Assembly (NCBI RefSeq): GCF_022045235.1
Contig: NW_027266343.1
Location: forward strand, 31,930,001-31,994,000
DNA: 64,000 nucleotides
Direction of reading: 5' to 3'
Origin: Haliotis cracherodii
Lineage: Eukaryota
In this document: positions 50,731 through 64,000 of the stretch, piece after piece
How positions within the stretch are numbered: position 1 is the first letter of the stretch
Layout of the letters: the number at the start of each line of letters is the position of its first letter
Position numbers and translations under genes: made by a program
Notes under the pieces: generated by a model
Databases searched by the model: none
Seen by the model: the letters and a program-made list of their open reading frames with translations, nothing else
Told to the model about the DNA's origin: nothing

Positions 50731-53700
50731 CAGTGAGTGAGTGAGTGTTTTCAAAGTGAACATAAACGAACGTGCTGTCAGCGGCACCTCACTCTCAAAA
50801 CAAGTGAATGCTTATGCTTTTATCTACAAGTGACTGGTCAAACAGATAACATTTTGTCACGTTATTGTCAGAGTTTATGTATGGGAGACCATAGACCCAC
50901 GTACTCTCAGTAACACAGAGTTGAGGTAATGGTATTAAAAAGAGTACTAAGGTAAATATTAGATCTTTTTAAGTACGTAATAATAGAGCTTCCTTCACAT
51001 ACTTAACTACATTTATGAGTATACAGTAAGTTCCACTATTCAGAAGATAGCTAAAATTATTAACACATGGATTGGTATGAAATCTAACAGGAATATACTA
51101 TTGTCTTAATGATGCCAAAACGGGAAGATTAATAGAAAAATAACTTCGTCCTTAATAGAACCATTGTTACACAGCTGACAAAGGCGTTGTGAATAAACAA
51201 TATCCTCTGCCCAGGTCACTCGGTAACCGGCAATTCACTTAATCTTAACAGACACAGCATGCGTTTTTTATCTCTATTTCTGAAAGATGCAACATAATAT
51301 TCCATATCCAATCGTGCCCTAGCATGTGAATAATAGCTTAATTTACAAGACTGCTCATTTCTCATCTGGATACTATGTTTATTACAATCCAACAAACGCT
51401 GTTTAAACAGCTGTAAGAAACAAATAACATCGCCAATATTCTGTTCGTGCCAAACATAACCAAATCCATAAATGTAGAGTCAATATTTAACATGAGTTGC
51501 CCAAGAACTTCTACCACCAGCTTCTTCATTAACAAATAAAACTGTCATGGATATCTATCACGATTCGTTCCAATATGTTTACAGTATTTAAGACATTTCA
51601 TATGATAATCCACATGCAAACCATATCAGCCAATATTGCTGTGCTAGATACATGTTTACCAACTACTAAAACAAATTTACAAAAATTAGTATGAAACGTT
51701 TCGACGGTTATTTAAATTTGAATACAATGTTAACTGGCATATTTACAAAGTGAAACTGCACATTTCTAACGGTGGTGTATCTATCTGTCAGAGTTCACAT
51801 CCTGACGAAATTGCACCGCATCGCCCTTCAAGATGTCGTTGACCTTCTCCCTCTCACTGCGACATCGTCGTCATCAGAACGCTTCACGCCCCACTCATAC
51901 ATCAACCCCACCGACACCCCCACCCTCCACCCTTCTCGCCCACAGTCACGTATGTCGCCTACTTAGCTGAATCGACGCATTAATCGTCAATCCTCTAATG
52001 CTGACCACCGTAATTAGATGATGTTGACACAGTTAACATAATGTTTATATTGCTGTAAGGATTTTGACTCTTGGCCTTTTACTTGAAATTACTTTAGAAA
52101 AGTAATATATTCTGTCGGTAAAGAGTTTCAAGTCGACGACCTGAGAGCACTGCTTGAGAAACGCTTTTTCCATTAAAGACAATTTGATGAAGTATGAAAG
52201 TAACAACGTAAACAGAACACGGGTTATAATTGATGTCGGAATAATGTTTACCCTGTCCCGATATTGATGTAAGTTGTAATTCCTCAAAGAGCTCGGAAAT
52301 TGTTAGTCAATTTGGCGAGAAACCTTCAAAGTGATTCACTGTGAAAAATGAGGCAATTTCTTCTGGTGTGCACACATGTACAACAAACGTTAAATTATAC
52401 GAACATTATCCCTCTGTGGTTTTGGAGACTTGCACGTTTTCATTAATAAAACTAACCTGCCGGGCAAAAGAAAGTATGCACCTATGATTGATGGTGGTGT
52501 ATTTGATCATATGTATCATATGTATAGTTGTGTTTTCGACATTCAGTTCTGAGTGTTTGGGCGACATTTAAGCCTCGTAACGTTTTAATATCGTTTGTAT
52601 TGTTTGATCAATCCAATATTCGAGTGTAAACTTACTTTCTTTTCCCTGGCAGTTTGTAAGATGGCTTCTCTGTCATGTGTCAGGTGGCTTTTCAATCACG
52701 TGCCAGAAGTATTATTACTGTTATTATTTTGTTTACGGAGTTAATCCAAAACAAGAAGATCTGGGATGTTAATATTTCTTGCATTATAAATCAATGAAAC
52801 GTTTAAAGTATTGCAAGCAAGGCTAAACGGAGAAAATGAAGATACTGCTTGCGGACTGACAAGTCAGAAGTATGGGACTTCTTTGAAGCTCCCTTTTCAT
52901 CAGTATTTTCTGTGGAGAGTAAGAAAGAAAGAAAAAACACTTCTCCAAAATGTAAGCTCATTCCACATTTGTGAAACCTTGGGTCTGAGGATCTGTAAAC
53001 TTAGTAATTAAAAACATCTATGTGAGTACAGGGTCCTGTTCCATAAAGCAGTCTTTGTGGTGAGCCTATGTTAAAGTGTGAGAATTACGATCATCTTTGC
53101 ACTAAGAATGCTCTGTAGAACAAGGCCTAGGTTGATATTCTGCCTGTGGAAGCAGATAGCAATGCCTACCCTCACGGTGCCAACACCTGGGGCAGCAAGG
53201 ACTCGTTCCACAAAGCGACCTTACCTCTACGATTGTTGTAATGTTTGAGTTAAGATCGTCTTAGCGCTAAGATTGCTTTGTGGAACAGGGCCCAGAACCT
53301 GTTTGTATGGAACAATTAGACGATATGTATTGACCTGAATCCACTCACACAAAAATATCAAGAATATGCAAAAACAACTTGCTTGACTGGATACCACACA
53401 AGCCACTCTCTTGCGTGCGTCTACTGCTTGTCGTCTTCACCAGGCGGGGCAAGATTAATATCATCCTCGAATAGTACGCCTGCCTTGAATACAGAAAGGG
53501 TCCAAATCTCTAAAGCATAGGTATACCTTTAGGCTCTTAATAAAGTGATTTTAACGAGAGGCTTAAAAATACGAAATGCAAGCCACGCTCGTTTCAATCA
53601 AATTACACGTTCCATTTTCATGGAAAATGATAGCGTTTACCGAATTAAAAAATAGACGCCTAACTTGAATAAACGCCGGGTGTAGGATCGTGTAGAATTC

Positions 53701-54196
53701 AGGTTTTTACGATATGGAGAGTGACTGGCTGTAGATCTATGATTTTAACGCAGCTACACGAGTACTGCAGAAACTCAGAGGAAAGCTGTAAGCACTGTCT
53801 TTCAAGGAAATACAAGCATCACCGAGGAGCCTACCAAAAGATGTTCATAGTGGAGTGTCTCTGGACACAGAGGGAACACAGGTGGTCTAAAGCGGCGCAA
53901 TTAGCTGTGCAGAGTTGCGTCCCTTAAACAAAACAGAAACCTATGATCATAGGTTCAAATCCCTGTTCGCCCCGAATATTTTTCTAGGTTTGTCAGCACC
54001 ATGCCTTGCTCGTGGGTGTCAACGCCCGAGACAAGAGACTTAGGGCTTTTCATTCCCATTGAGCTGACACGCTGAGATATAATTGGAATACTGTTTAAAG
54101 CGACTCACTCACTGCAGACAAACAAAGACAGATCACAATTAACGTAAATTCGTATTTAACTAAAATTTATTTATTTACTACATAAATGTGTTAATG

Positions 54197-56673
54197 TCAT
54201 CGCATCTTTGTATAATAGTTCTCATATAGTGCATGTGCCCTCATTTGTGCATAGCAGTAACGGACGTATCTCACAGGTTTCACTTCAATGGGTATTTGCA
54301 GACTTTCCTCCAGCTCGAATGAACAGCGAACGTTCCTGGTACAAGTGCTCATGTAAAACACACAGTTCGTTCCTCTATTAAAGGAAGACTCTCCATTCCT
54401 TGAACATTATACAGTGTCCGAACAATAGAATGATTACAAAAGTAATTTAATGACTGTACATACGTGATTGGCTGAGTTTCAAATGAAATCCTATATTGTT
54501 GTTGAAAACTGACTTTGATCTTTTTGCCATTATGTATTCGCATGGCAGTTTTGGCATCAGTATCCGTACTGAATACCCAGGAAGCACGTATTTCATGTTT
54601 TAACTGAAAGACCCTCTAGCATTAGGCATATATCAGGACGTGCCGTCGTTTTATTCTTATCCCGCTATTGTGCAGAGGTTCCCACATTAAAGCGAACCTT
54701 TAAGCGATGAAATCGTGGACCCAATACGTTAATGAGGTTAGCAAGTACATGTGTTGTTCCAATCCTGTAGACTTCACCCAGTGACCTCACATGGAGTCCT
54801 GGCTCAAATTGGTATCATCTGTACGTCCGCATGCTTACCCGCCTTGCTGCCACTATAGATGACTGTTCCACTGATCTCAGAATATCGACAAGATCTTACA
54901 TATGATCTCAACTGATTAATGATGTTTCCCGATGGTTTAAAACGGATTTGAAATAGCTCAAGCTAAGTAGGGTATGCTTTGCTGCTGCAGAGCTTGTTCC
55001 TAGAGTGGTATATGGATCACGTCGATGGTAATTAATTGTCGCTTTTCCTTTGAAAATACATATATATATATATTTGTGTTGTGTGTTTGTTTCTTCAGGG
55101 GCGTTTTATATAACATAATACCTTATGCCACTGACCAAAGGCTTATGTACAAGCATCTCACTTGACAAAAACATTCTCACCCAAACCTGAGTTGACGAGA
55201 ATAACAATTTGGAAATCAAACTGTAAAAAAACCCATAATAATGTGTGTTTTTGAACAATGCCTTTACTTTAGAAAATGGATGCTAAAAAGGTAATTTAGC
55301 CTTTTTAAATTTCAAAAATATATTGTTAACTTCAATACCACCTATCAACAGTCGTTTCGTTAGATAATACCAAGTTTTTTTAAGCAGCAGTGTCCGTTTT
55401 CTTTAGTCTATCACCAACAAGATGCTGCAGACTGAAACAAAACAAGGTATCATCAGTATCAACCTGCCGTTTAGATCATAAACATCATTCAAGCCACAAC
55501 GTGATGCCTTTCAATAATACACTAAGTGCTGGGGAAATAAGTGGTTGGTAGTATGAACACTCCGTCGCGACATGGCGACCTACAATCAGTCAAGTTACAT
55601 ACACCGGCCGACCCATTTACTATGATGACAACCAGGAGGAACTTTTGATCTGTTCTACCCTGGACCCATCGCGGAGACTCTCAGACTGAAGAAACCTGTG
55701 AGTTAGAATTGATTCCCAGCAAGCGGATGTATGTTGGTCGTAAGAGGCGACAAAAATGTATATCGGCTAGTCAGGATCGGATCAGTGAGTTGGCTGGTTG
55801 CGAGTCATCGTACCCCAACGGCGTGGAACTTTGCTCACGCTATCAATCAACGGATTTTCCGGTATATAGAGGCCACCTTCATATAACTTGAATAGTGTGC
55901 GTCGTTATGTACGAGACACACACACACGCACGCACGCACGCACGGAAGCAAGCAGGCACGCACGCACGCACGCACGCACAAACACACCTGTCGGTCTGAT
56001 AGGAAGCTGGGTCAGAGATAGTCATGTAGACCCAAGTGCACTGTAATTATTCCCAAGAAAACAAGAACAGCGAGATTGGATCGCATGCAGTTAAATATCT
56101 ACGGTAGTGCCCTATTCTTTTATCTTCATTATTTTCTAATAATTTATCAATTCTTTTTGCATATTCACAATATTTCAACAAAGTGTTGGGGCTCTTTAAT
56201 CTTCCGACGCTTCAGTATAGTGCTCATCTGTCAGGATAATTGACATCAAAGTCATAAGCTTTCATTTCAGTTTTTCCAGAGTTACATTTGATGTATAATT
56301 TCTGACACAAATGCCGCTGGACGCCTTCCGTTTGATGAGTTGTGTTTTTACCAAAGTGTGCGAGACCGACACCAAAGCAATAATTTCTACTCCATTATTG
56401 GTGCGGCGCGAAACGTTTGATGATAATTTCCACCAAAGGCCGTCTCTGTGATACGTGGGGCAAGATGATCGCAATAATTTCTTCTCCATCATTTTGAAGC
56501 CGTTTCTTCTATACCATCTACTATACACTGAAAGGAGGCTATGTTTCAAACATATATTAATGAAAAGGTTCAAGATACGTTATATTCCGAGTGGGTGTTG
56601 AGTTCCGAATGTTTTTAAGCCTTCAATAAATAGATCTGCTTCCGTTTCGGAAGCAATGTTGAAACATTATTTA
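54197..56673 (-). pseudogene. Second L-derived EVE, unit 4
   Basis: Direct repeat of 37228-39600. Confidence 0.66.
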
Positions 56674-59600
56674 CAGTGAGTGAGTGAGTGTTTTCAAAGT
56701 GAACATAAACGAACGTGCTGTCAGCGGCACCTCACTCTCAAAACAAGTGAATGCTTATGCTTTTATCTACAAGTGACTGGTCAAACAGATAACATTTTGT
56801 CACGTTCTTGTCAGAGTTTATGTATGGGAGACCATAGACCCACGTACTCTCAGTAACACAGAGTTGAGGTAATGGTATTAAAAAGAGTACTAAGGTAAAT
56901 ATTAGATCTTTTTAAGTACGTAATAATAGAGCTTCCTTCACATACTTAACTACATTTATGAGTATACAGTAAGTTCCACTATTCAGAAGATAGCTAAAAG
57001 ATATAACACATGGATTCGTATGAAATCTAACAGGAATATACTATTGTCTTAATGATGCCAAAACGGAAAGATTAATAGAAAAATAACTTCGTCCTTAATA
57101 GAACCACTGTTACACAGCTGACAAAGGCGTTGTGAATAAACAATATCCTCTGCCCAGGTCACTCGGTAACCGGCAATTCACTTAATCTTAACAGACACAG
57201 CATGCGTTTTTTATCTCTATTTCTGAAAGATTCAACATAATATTCCATATCCAATCGTGCCCTAGCATGTGAATAATAGCTTAATTTACAAGACTGCTCA
57301 TTTCTCATCTGGATACTCTGTTTATTACAATCCAACAAACGCTGTTTAAACAGCTGTAAGAAACAAATAACATCGCCAATATTCTGTTCGTGCCAAACAT
57401 AACCAAATCCATAAATGTAGAGTCAATATTTAACATGAGTTGCCCAAGAACTTCTACCACCAGCGTCTTCATTAACAAATAAAACTGCCAGGGATATCTA
57501 TCACGATTCGTTCCAATATGTTTACAGTATTTAAGACACTTTATATGATAATCCACAGGCAAACCATAACAGCCAATATTGCTGTGCTAGATACATGTTT
57601 ACCAAGTCCTAAAACAAATTTACAAAAATTAGTATGAAACGTTTCGACGGTTATTTAAATTTGAATACAATGTTAACTGGCATATTTACAAAGTGAAACT
57701 TCAGATTTCTAACGGTGGTGTATCTATCTGTCAGAGTTCACATCCTGGCGAAATTGCACCACATCGCCCTTCAAGATGTCGTTGACCTTCTCCTTCTCAC
57801 TGCGACTTCGTCGTCATCAGAACGCTTCACGCCCCACTCATACATCAACCCCACCGACACCCCCACCCTCCACCCTTCTCGCCCACAGTCACGTATGTCG
57901 CCTACTTAGCTGAATCGACGCATTAATCGTCAATCCCCTAATGCTGACCACCGTAATTAGATGATGTTGACACAGTTAACATAATGTTTATATTGCTGTA
58001 AGGATTTTGACTCTTGGATTTTTACTTGAAATTACTTTAGAAAAGTAATATATTCTGTCGGTAAAGAGTTTCAAGTCGACGACCTGAGAGCACTGCTTGA
58101 GAAACGCTTTTTCCATTAAAGACAATTTGATGAAGTATGAAAGTAGCAACGTAAACAGAACACGGGTCATAATTGATGTCGGAATAATGTTTACCCTGTC
58201 CCGATATTGATGTAAGTTGTAATTACTCAAAGAGCTCGGAAATTGTTAGTCAATTTGGCGAGAAACCTTCAAAGTGATTCACTGTGAAAAATGAGGCAAT
58301 TTCTTCTGGTGTGCACACATGTACAACAAACGTTAAATTATACGAACATTATCCCTCTGTGGTTTTGGAGACTTGCACGTTTTCATTAATAAAACTAACC
58401 TGCCGGGCAAAAGAAAGTATGCACCTATGATTGATGGTGGTGTATTTGATCATATGTATCATATGTATAGTTGTGTTTTCGACATTTAGTTCTGAGTGTT
58501 TGGGCGACATTTAAGCCTCGTAACGTTTTAATATCGTTTGTATTGTTTGATAAATCCAATATTCGAGTGTAAACTTACTTTCTTTTCCCTGGCAGTTTGT
58601 AAGATGGCTTCTCTGTCATGTGTCAGGTGGCTTTTCAATCACGTGCCAGAAGTATTATTACTGTTATTATTTTGTTTACGGAGTTAATCCAAAACAAGAA
58701 GATCTGGGATGTTAATATTTCTTGCATTATAAATCAATGAAACGTTTAAAGTATTGCAAGCAAGGCTAAACGGAGAAAATGAAGATACTGCTTGCGGACT
58801 GACAAGTCAGAAGTATGGGACTTCTTTGAAGCTCCCTTTTCATCAGTATTTTCTGTGGAGAGTAAGAAAGAAAGAAAAAACACTTCTCCAAAATGTAAGC
58901 TCATTCCACATTTGTGAAACCTTGGGTCTGAGGATCTGTAAACTTAGTAATTAAAAACATCTATGTGAGTACAGGGTCCTGTTCCATAAAGCAGTCTTTG
59001 TGGTGAGCCTATGTTAAAGTGTGAGAATTACGATCATCTTTGCGCTAAGATCGCTCTGTAGAACAAGGCCCAGGTTGATATTCTGTCTGTGGAAGCAGAT
59101 AGCAATGCCTACCCTCACGGTGCCAACACCTGGGGCAGCAAGGACTCGTTCCACAAAGCGACCTTACCTCTACGATTGTTGTAATGTTTGAGTTAAGATC
59201 GTCTTAGCGCTAAGATCGCTTTGTGGAACAGGGCCCAGAACCTGTTTGTATGGAACAATTAGACGATATGTATTGACCTGAATCCACTCACACAAAAATA
59301 TCAAGAATATGCAAAAACAACTTGCTTGACTGGATACCACACAAGCCACTCACTTGCGTGCGTCTACTGCTTGTCGTCTTCACCAGGCGGGGCAAGATTA
59401 ATATCATCCTCGAATAGTACGCCTGCCTTGAAAACAGAAAGGGTCCAAATCTCTAAAGCATAGGTACACCTTTAGGCTCTTAATAAAGTGATTTTAACGA
59501 GAGGCTTAATCATACGAAATGCAAGCCACGCTCGTTTCAATCAAATTACACGTTCCATTTTCATGGAAAATGATAGTGTTTACCGAATTAAAAAATAGAC

Positions 59601-60137
59601 GCCTAACTTGAATAAACGCCGGGTGTAGGATCGTGTAGAATTCAGGTTTTTACGATATGGAGAGTGACTGGCTGTAGATCTATGTTTTTAACGCAGCTAC
59701 ACGAGTACTGCAGAAACTCAGAGGAAAGCTGTAAGCACTGTCTTTCAAGGAAATACAAGCATCACCGAGGAGCCTACCAAAAGATGTTCATAGTGGAGTG
59801 TCTCTGGACACAGAGGGAACACAGGTGGTCTAAAGCGGCACACTTAGCTGTGCAGAGTTGCGTCCCTTAGACAAAACAGAAACCTATGATCATAGGTTCA
59901 AATCCCTGTTCGCCCCGAATATTTTCTAGGTTTGTCAGCACCATGCCTTGCTCGTGGGTGTCAACGCCCGAGACCAGAGACTTAGGGCTTGTCTTTCCCA
60001 TTGAGCTGACACGCCGTGATATAATTGGAATACTGTTTAAAGCGACTCACTCACTGCAGACAAACAAAGACAGATCACAATTAACGTAAATTCGTATTTA
60101 ACTAAAATTTATTTATTTACTACAAAATGTGTTAATG

Positions 60138-62202
60138 TCATCGCATCTTTGCATAATAGTTCTCGTATAGTGCATGTGCCCTCATTTATGCCTTGCAATA
60201 ACGGACGTATCTCACAGGTTTCACTATAATGGGTATTTGCAGACGTTCCTCCAGCTCGAATGAACAGCGAACGGTCCAAGTACAAGTGCTCATGTAAAAC
60301 ACACAGTTCGTTCCTCTATTAAAGGAAGACTCTCCATTCCTTAAACATTATACAGTGTCCGAACAATAGAATGATTACAAAAGTAATTTAATGACTGTAC
60401 ATACGTGATTGGCTGAGTTTGAAATGAAATCCTATATTGTTGTTTAAAATTGACTTTGATGTTTTTGCCATTATGTATTCGCATGGCAGTTTTGACATCA
60501 GTATCCGTACTGGATACCCAGGAAGCACGTATTTCATGTTTTAACTGAAAGACCCTCTAGCATTAGGCATATATCAGGACGTGCCGTCGTTTTATTCTTA
60601 TCCCGCTATTGTGCAGAGGTTCCCACATTAATTGTCTCTTTTCCTTTGAAAATACGTGTATATATTTGTGATGTGGTTTTCCTTCTTCAGGGACGTTTTA
60701 TATAACATAATACCTTATGCCACTGACCAAAGGCTTATGTACAAGCATCTCACATGACAAAAACATTCTCTCCAAAACCTGAGTTGACGAGAATAACAAT
60801 TTTGAAATCAAACTGTAAAAACCAGGATAATGTGTGTTTTTGAACAATGCCTTTACTTTAGAAAATGAATGCAAAAAAGGTAATTTAGCATTTTTAAATT
60901 TCAATAATATATTGTTAACTTCAATACCACCTATCAACAGTCGTTTCCTTAGAAAATAGCAAGTTTTTTTAAGCAGCAGTGTCCGTTTTCTATAGTCCAT
61001 CTCCAACAAGATGCTGGAGCCTGAAACAAAACAAGGTATCATCAGTATCAACCTGCCGTTTAGATCATAAACATCATTCAAGCCACATCGTGATGCCTGT
61101 CAATAATACACTAAGTGCTGGGGAAATAAGTGGTTGATAGCATGAACAAGCCGTCGCGGCATGGCGACCGACAATCAGTCAAGTTACATACACCGCCCGA
61201 CCCTTTTACTACGATGACAAGCAGGAGGAACTTTGGATCTTGGACCCACCGGGGACTCTCAGACTGAAGAAACCTGTGAGTTAGAATTGATCCCCAGCAA
61301 GTGGATGTATGTTGGTCGTAAGAGGCGACCAAAATGTATATCGGCTAGCCAGGATCGGATCAGTGAGTTGGTTGGTTGCGAGTCATCGTACCCCGACGGC
61401 GTGGATCTTTGCTCACAGTATCAGTCAACGGATTTTTTAGTATATGATGGCCGTCGTCATATAACTTGAATAGTGTGCGTCGTTATGTAATACACGCACG
61501 CACAAACACACCTGCCGGTCTGATAGGAAGCTGGGTCAGAGATGGTCATGTAGGCCCAAGCGCACTGTAATTATTCCCAAGAAAACAAGAACAGCGAGAT
61601 TGGATGCAGATTTGATGCAGTTCTGTATCTACAGTAATGCCCTATTCTTCTTTTATCTTCATTATTTTCTAATACATTATCAATTCTTTTTGCATATTCA
61701 CAATATTTGAACAAAGTTTTGGAGTCCTTAATCTTCCGACGCTTCAGCACAGTGCTCATCTGTCAGGATAATTGACATCAAAGTCATAAGCTTAATCAGT
61801 TTTTCCAGAGTTACATGTAATGTATAATTTCTGACACAAATGCCGCCTGACGCCTTCCGTTTGATGAGTTGTGTTTTTACCAAAGTGTGCGAGACTGACA
61901 CCAAAGCAGTAATTTCTACTCCATTATTGGGGCGGCGCGTTTGATGATAATTTCCACCAAAGGCCGTCTCTCTGATACGTGGGGCAAGATGATGCAATAA
62001 TTCCTTCTCCATCGTCTTGTAGCCGTTTCTTCTACATGATCTACTATACACTGAAAGGAAGCTCTGTTTCAAACATATATTAATGAAAACGATTCAAGAT
62101 ACATTATATTTCGAGTGAGTGTTGTGTTCCTAATGCTTTTAAGACTATAGACAATAAATAGATCTGCTTCTGTTTCGGAAGCAATGTTTAAACATCATTT
62201 AA
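60138..62202 (-). pseudogene. Second L-derived EVE, unit 5 (internal deletion near 60628)
   Basis: Direct repeat of 37228-39600. Confidence 0.66.
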
Positions 62203-64000
62203 GGTGAGTGAGTGAGTGTTTTCAAAGTGAAAGTACTGTCAGCTGCACCTCACTCTCAAACAAGTGAATGCTTATGCTTTTGTCAGATTGTGTCTGGTCA
62301 TCCAGATAACATTTTGTCACGTTATTGTCAGAGTTCAAGAACCACTGTTACACAGCCGACAAAGGCGTTGTGAATAAACAATATCCTCTCTTCTGCCCAG
62401 GTCACTCGGTAACCGGCAATTCACTTAATCTTAACAGACACAGCATGCGTTTTTTATCTCTATTTCTGAAAGATGCAACATAATATTCCATATCCAATCG
62501 TGCCTTAACATGTGAATAATAGCTTAATTTACAAGACTTTTCATATTTTTCATCTAGATACTCTGTTTATTACAATCCAACAAACGCTGTTTAAACAGCT
62601 GTAAGAAACAAATAACATCGCCAATATTCTGTTCGTGCCAAACATAACCAAATCCATAAATGTAGAGTCAATATTTAACATGAGTTGCCCAAGAACTTCT
62701 ACCACCAGCTTCTTCATTAACAAATAAAACTCTCAGGGATATCTATCACGATTCGTTCCAATATGTTTACAGTATTTAAGACACTTTATATGATAATCCA
62801 CATGCAAACCATATCAGCCAATATTGCTGTGCTAGATACATGTTTACCAACTCCTAAAACAAATTTACAAAAAATATTATGAAACGTTTCGACGGTTTGA
62901 CGAGATTTGCAACGCCAAAACTCGGCAACAAAAATTTCAATACAATGTTAACTGGGATATGTACAAAGTTCAACTGCAGTTTTGTAATGATGGTGTATTT
63001 ATCTGTCAGAGTTCGACACAGCGGCGATGGACTACTTTGTGGAAGTTCCAAACAATGACAGTGAAGAATAGGGCAGGAGTTCGAAAGTGCCTCATGTGTC
63101 TGTGGCAGTGACAGTGGTCCAATTTGAAAAAAAACTCCATCATTAACTTTAAGAAATCAATTGCAGCTTCCACCCCTCCCACAAACTTCCCTAGATACAC
63201 CTACATGATGGTCCGCCGGATCGTTTACTGGGCGAAGCACGTCCAATTTAGTGTTATATATACCTACAGCCGGATTGTCATGATGCTAATTACTTGTGAC
63301 AAGGCTTACAGGAGTCCATTGTTGTAAATGTCGAAAGATTGTGAAAGGAACGGTGTCACCAAACAATATCGGTTCTAAGATCACCACAGAAACAATTACA
63401 GGGCCCAGTATCTGTGATAGACGATATGTCTATGGCGAATTGGATCTCCCTTTCTTCCGACTGACCACCAACAGCTTTCCGTGCCAGAGGCCATCACCGA
63501 CTCAGATCCATCTATCTGTTTCATCATCCTGACGAAATTGCACCGCATCGCCCTACAAGATGTCGTCGACCTTCTCCCTCTCACTGCGACATCGTCGTCA
63601 TCAAATCGCTTCAAGCCCCACATATACGTCACCCCCAACGACACCCCCACCCTTCACCCTTCTCGCCCACAGTTACGTATGTGTCTCCTACTTAGCTGAA
63701 TCGACGCATTTATCGTCAGTTCTCTAATGCTGACCACCGTAATTGGATAATGTTGACACAGTTAACATATTGTTTAGATTGCTGTAAGGATTTTGACTCT
63801 TGGCCTTTAAATTGAAATTACTTTAGAAAAGTAATATATTCTGTCGGTAAAGAGTTTCAAGTCGACGACCTGAGAGCACTGCTTGAGAAACGCTTTTTCC
63901 ATCAAAGGCAGTTTGATAAAGTATGAAAGTAGCAACGTAAACAGAACACGGTTCATAATTGATGTCGGAATAATGTTTACCCTATCCCGATATTGATGTA

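Larger units (their letters stand above)
36450..64000. repeat. Tandem array 2: five units (last incomplete)
   Basis: Marker ATATCAAGAA...GCTTGACTGGATAC at 36451, 42951, 47540, 53355, 59298 (periods 6500, 4589, 5815, 5943). Inner units nearly identical. Confidence 0.98.

Overview
Eukaryotic, repeat-rich DNA with no intact cellular gene. The host is probably a gastropod mollusc such as abalone (Haliotis); this is inferred from recalled SINE families with (CACT)n tails and was not searched. The window holds two tandem arrays. Array 1 (1-31.5 kb, five decayed copies about 6-8 kb apart) carries a pseudogenised L (polymerase) gene of a non-segmented negative-strand RNA virus (Mononegavirales/Jingchuvirales-like) on the + strand. 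Reading through stops and frameshifts gives RdRp motif A/B/GDN/D remnants, PRNTase GxxT and HR remnants, and the methyltransferase D-K-E residues, in L-protein order and near-canonical spacing. A further N-terminal L fragment (GHP motif) follows at about 31.6-32.3 kb. Array 2 (36.4-64 kb, five younger 4.6-6.5 kb units) carries a second, much more divergent L fragment (MTase + long C-terminal region) on the - strand, plus a + strand fragment closely related to array 1. Mariner, Tc1, LINE, LTR-like, hAT-like, MITE, SINE and satellite sequences are interspersed. Best reading: an amplified cluster of non-retroviral endogenous viral elements from at least two related, apparently divergent RNA viruses, possibly a piRNA-cluster-type archive. 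All protein assignments come from manual translation and motif recognition and need HMM/tBLASTn confirmation.
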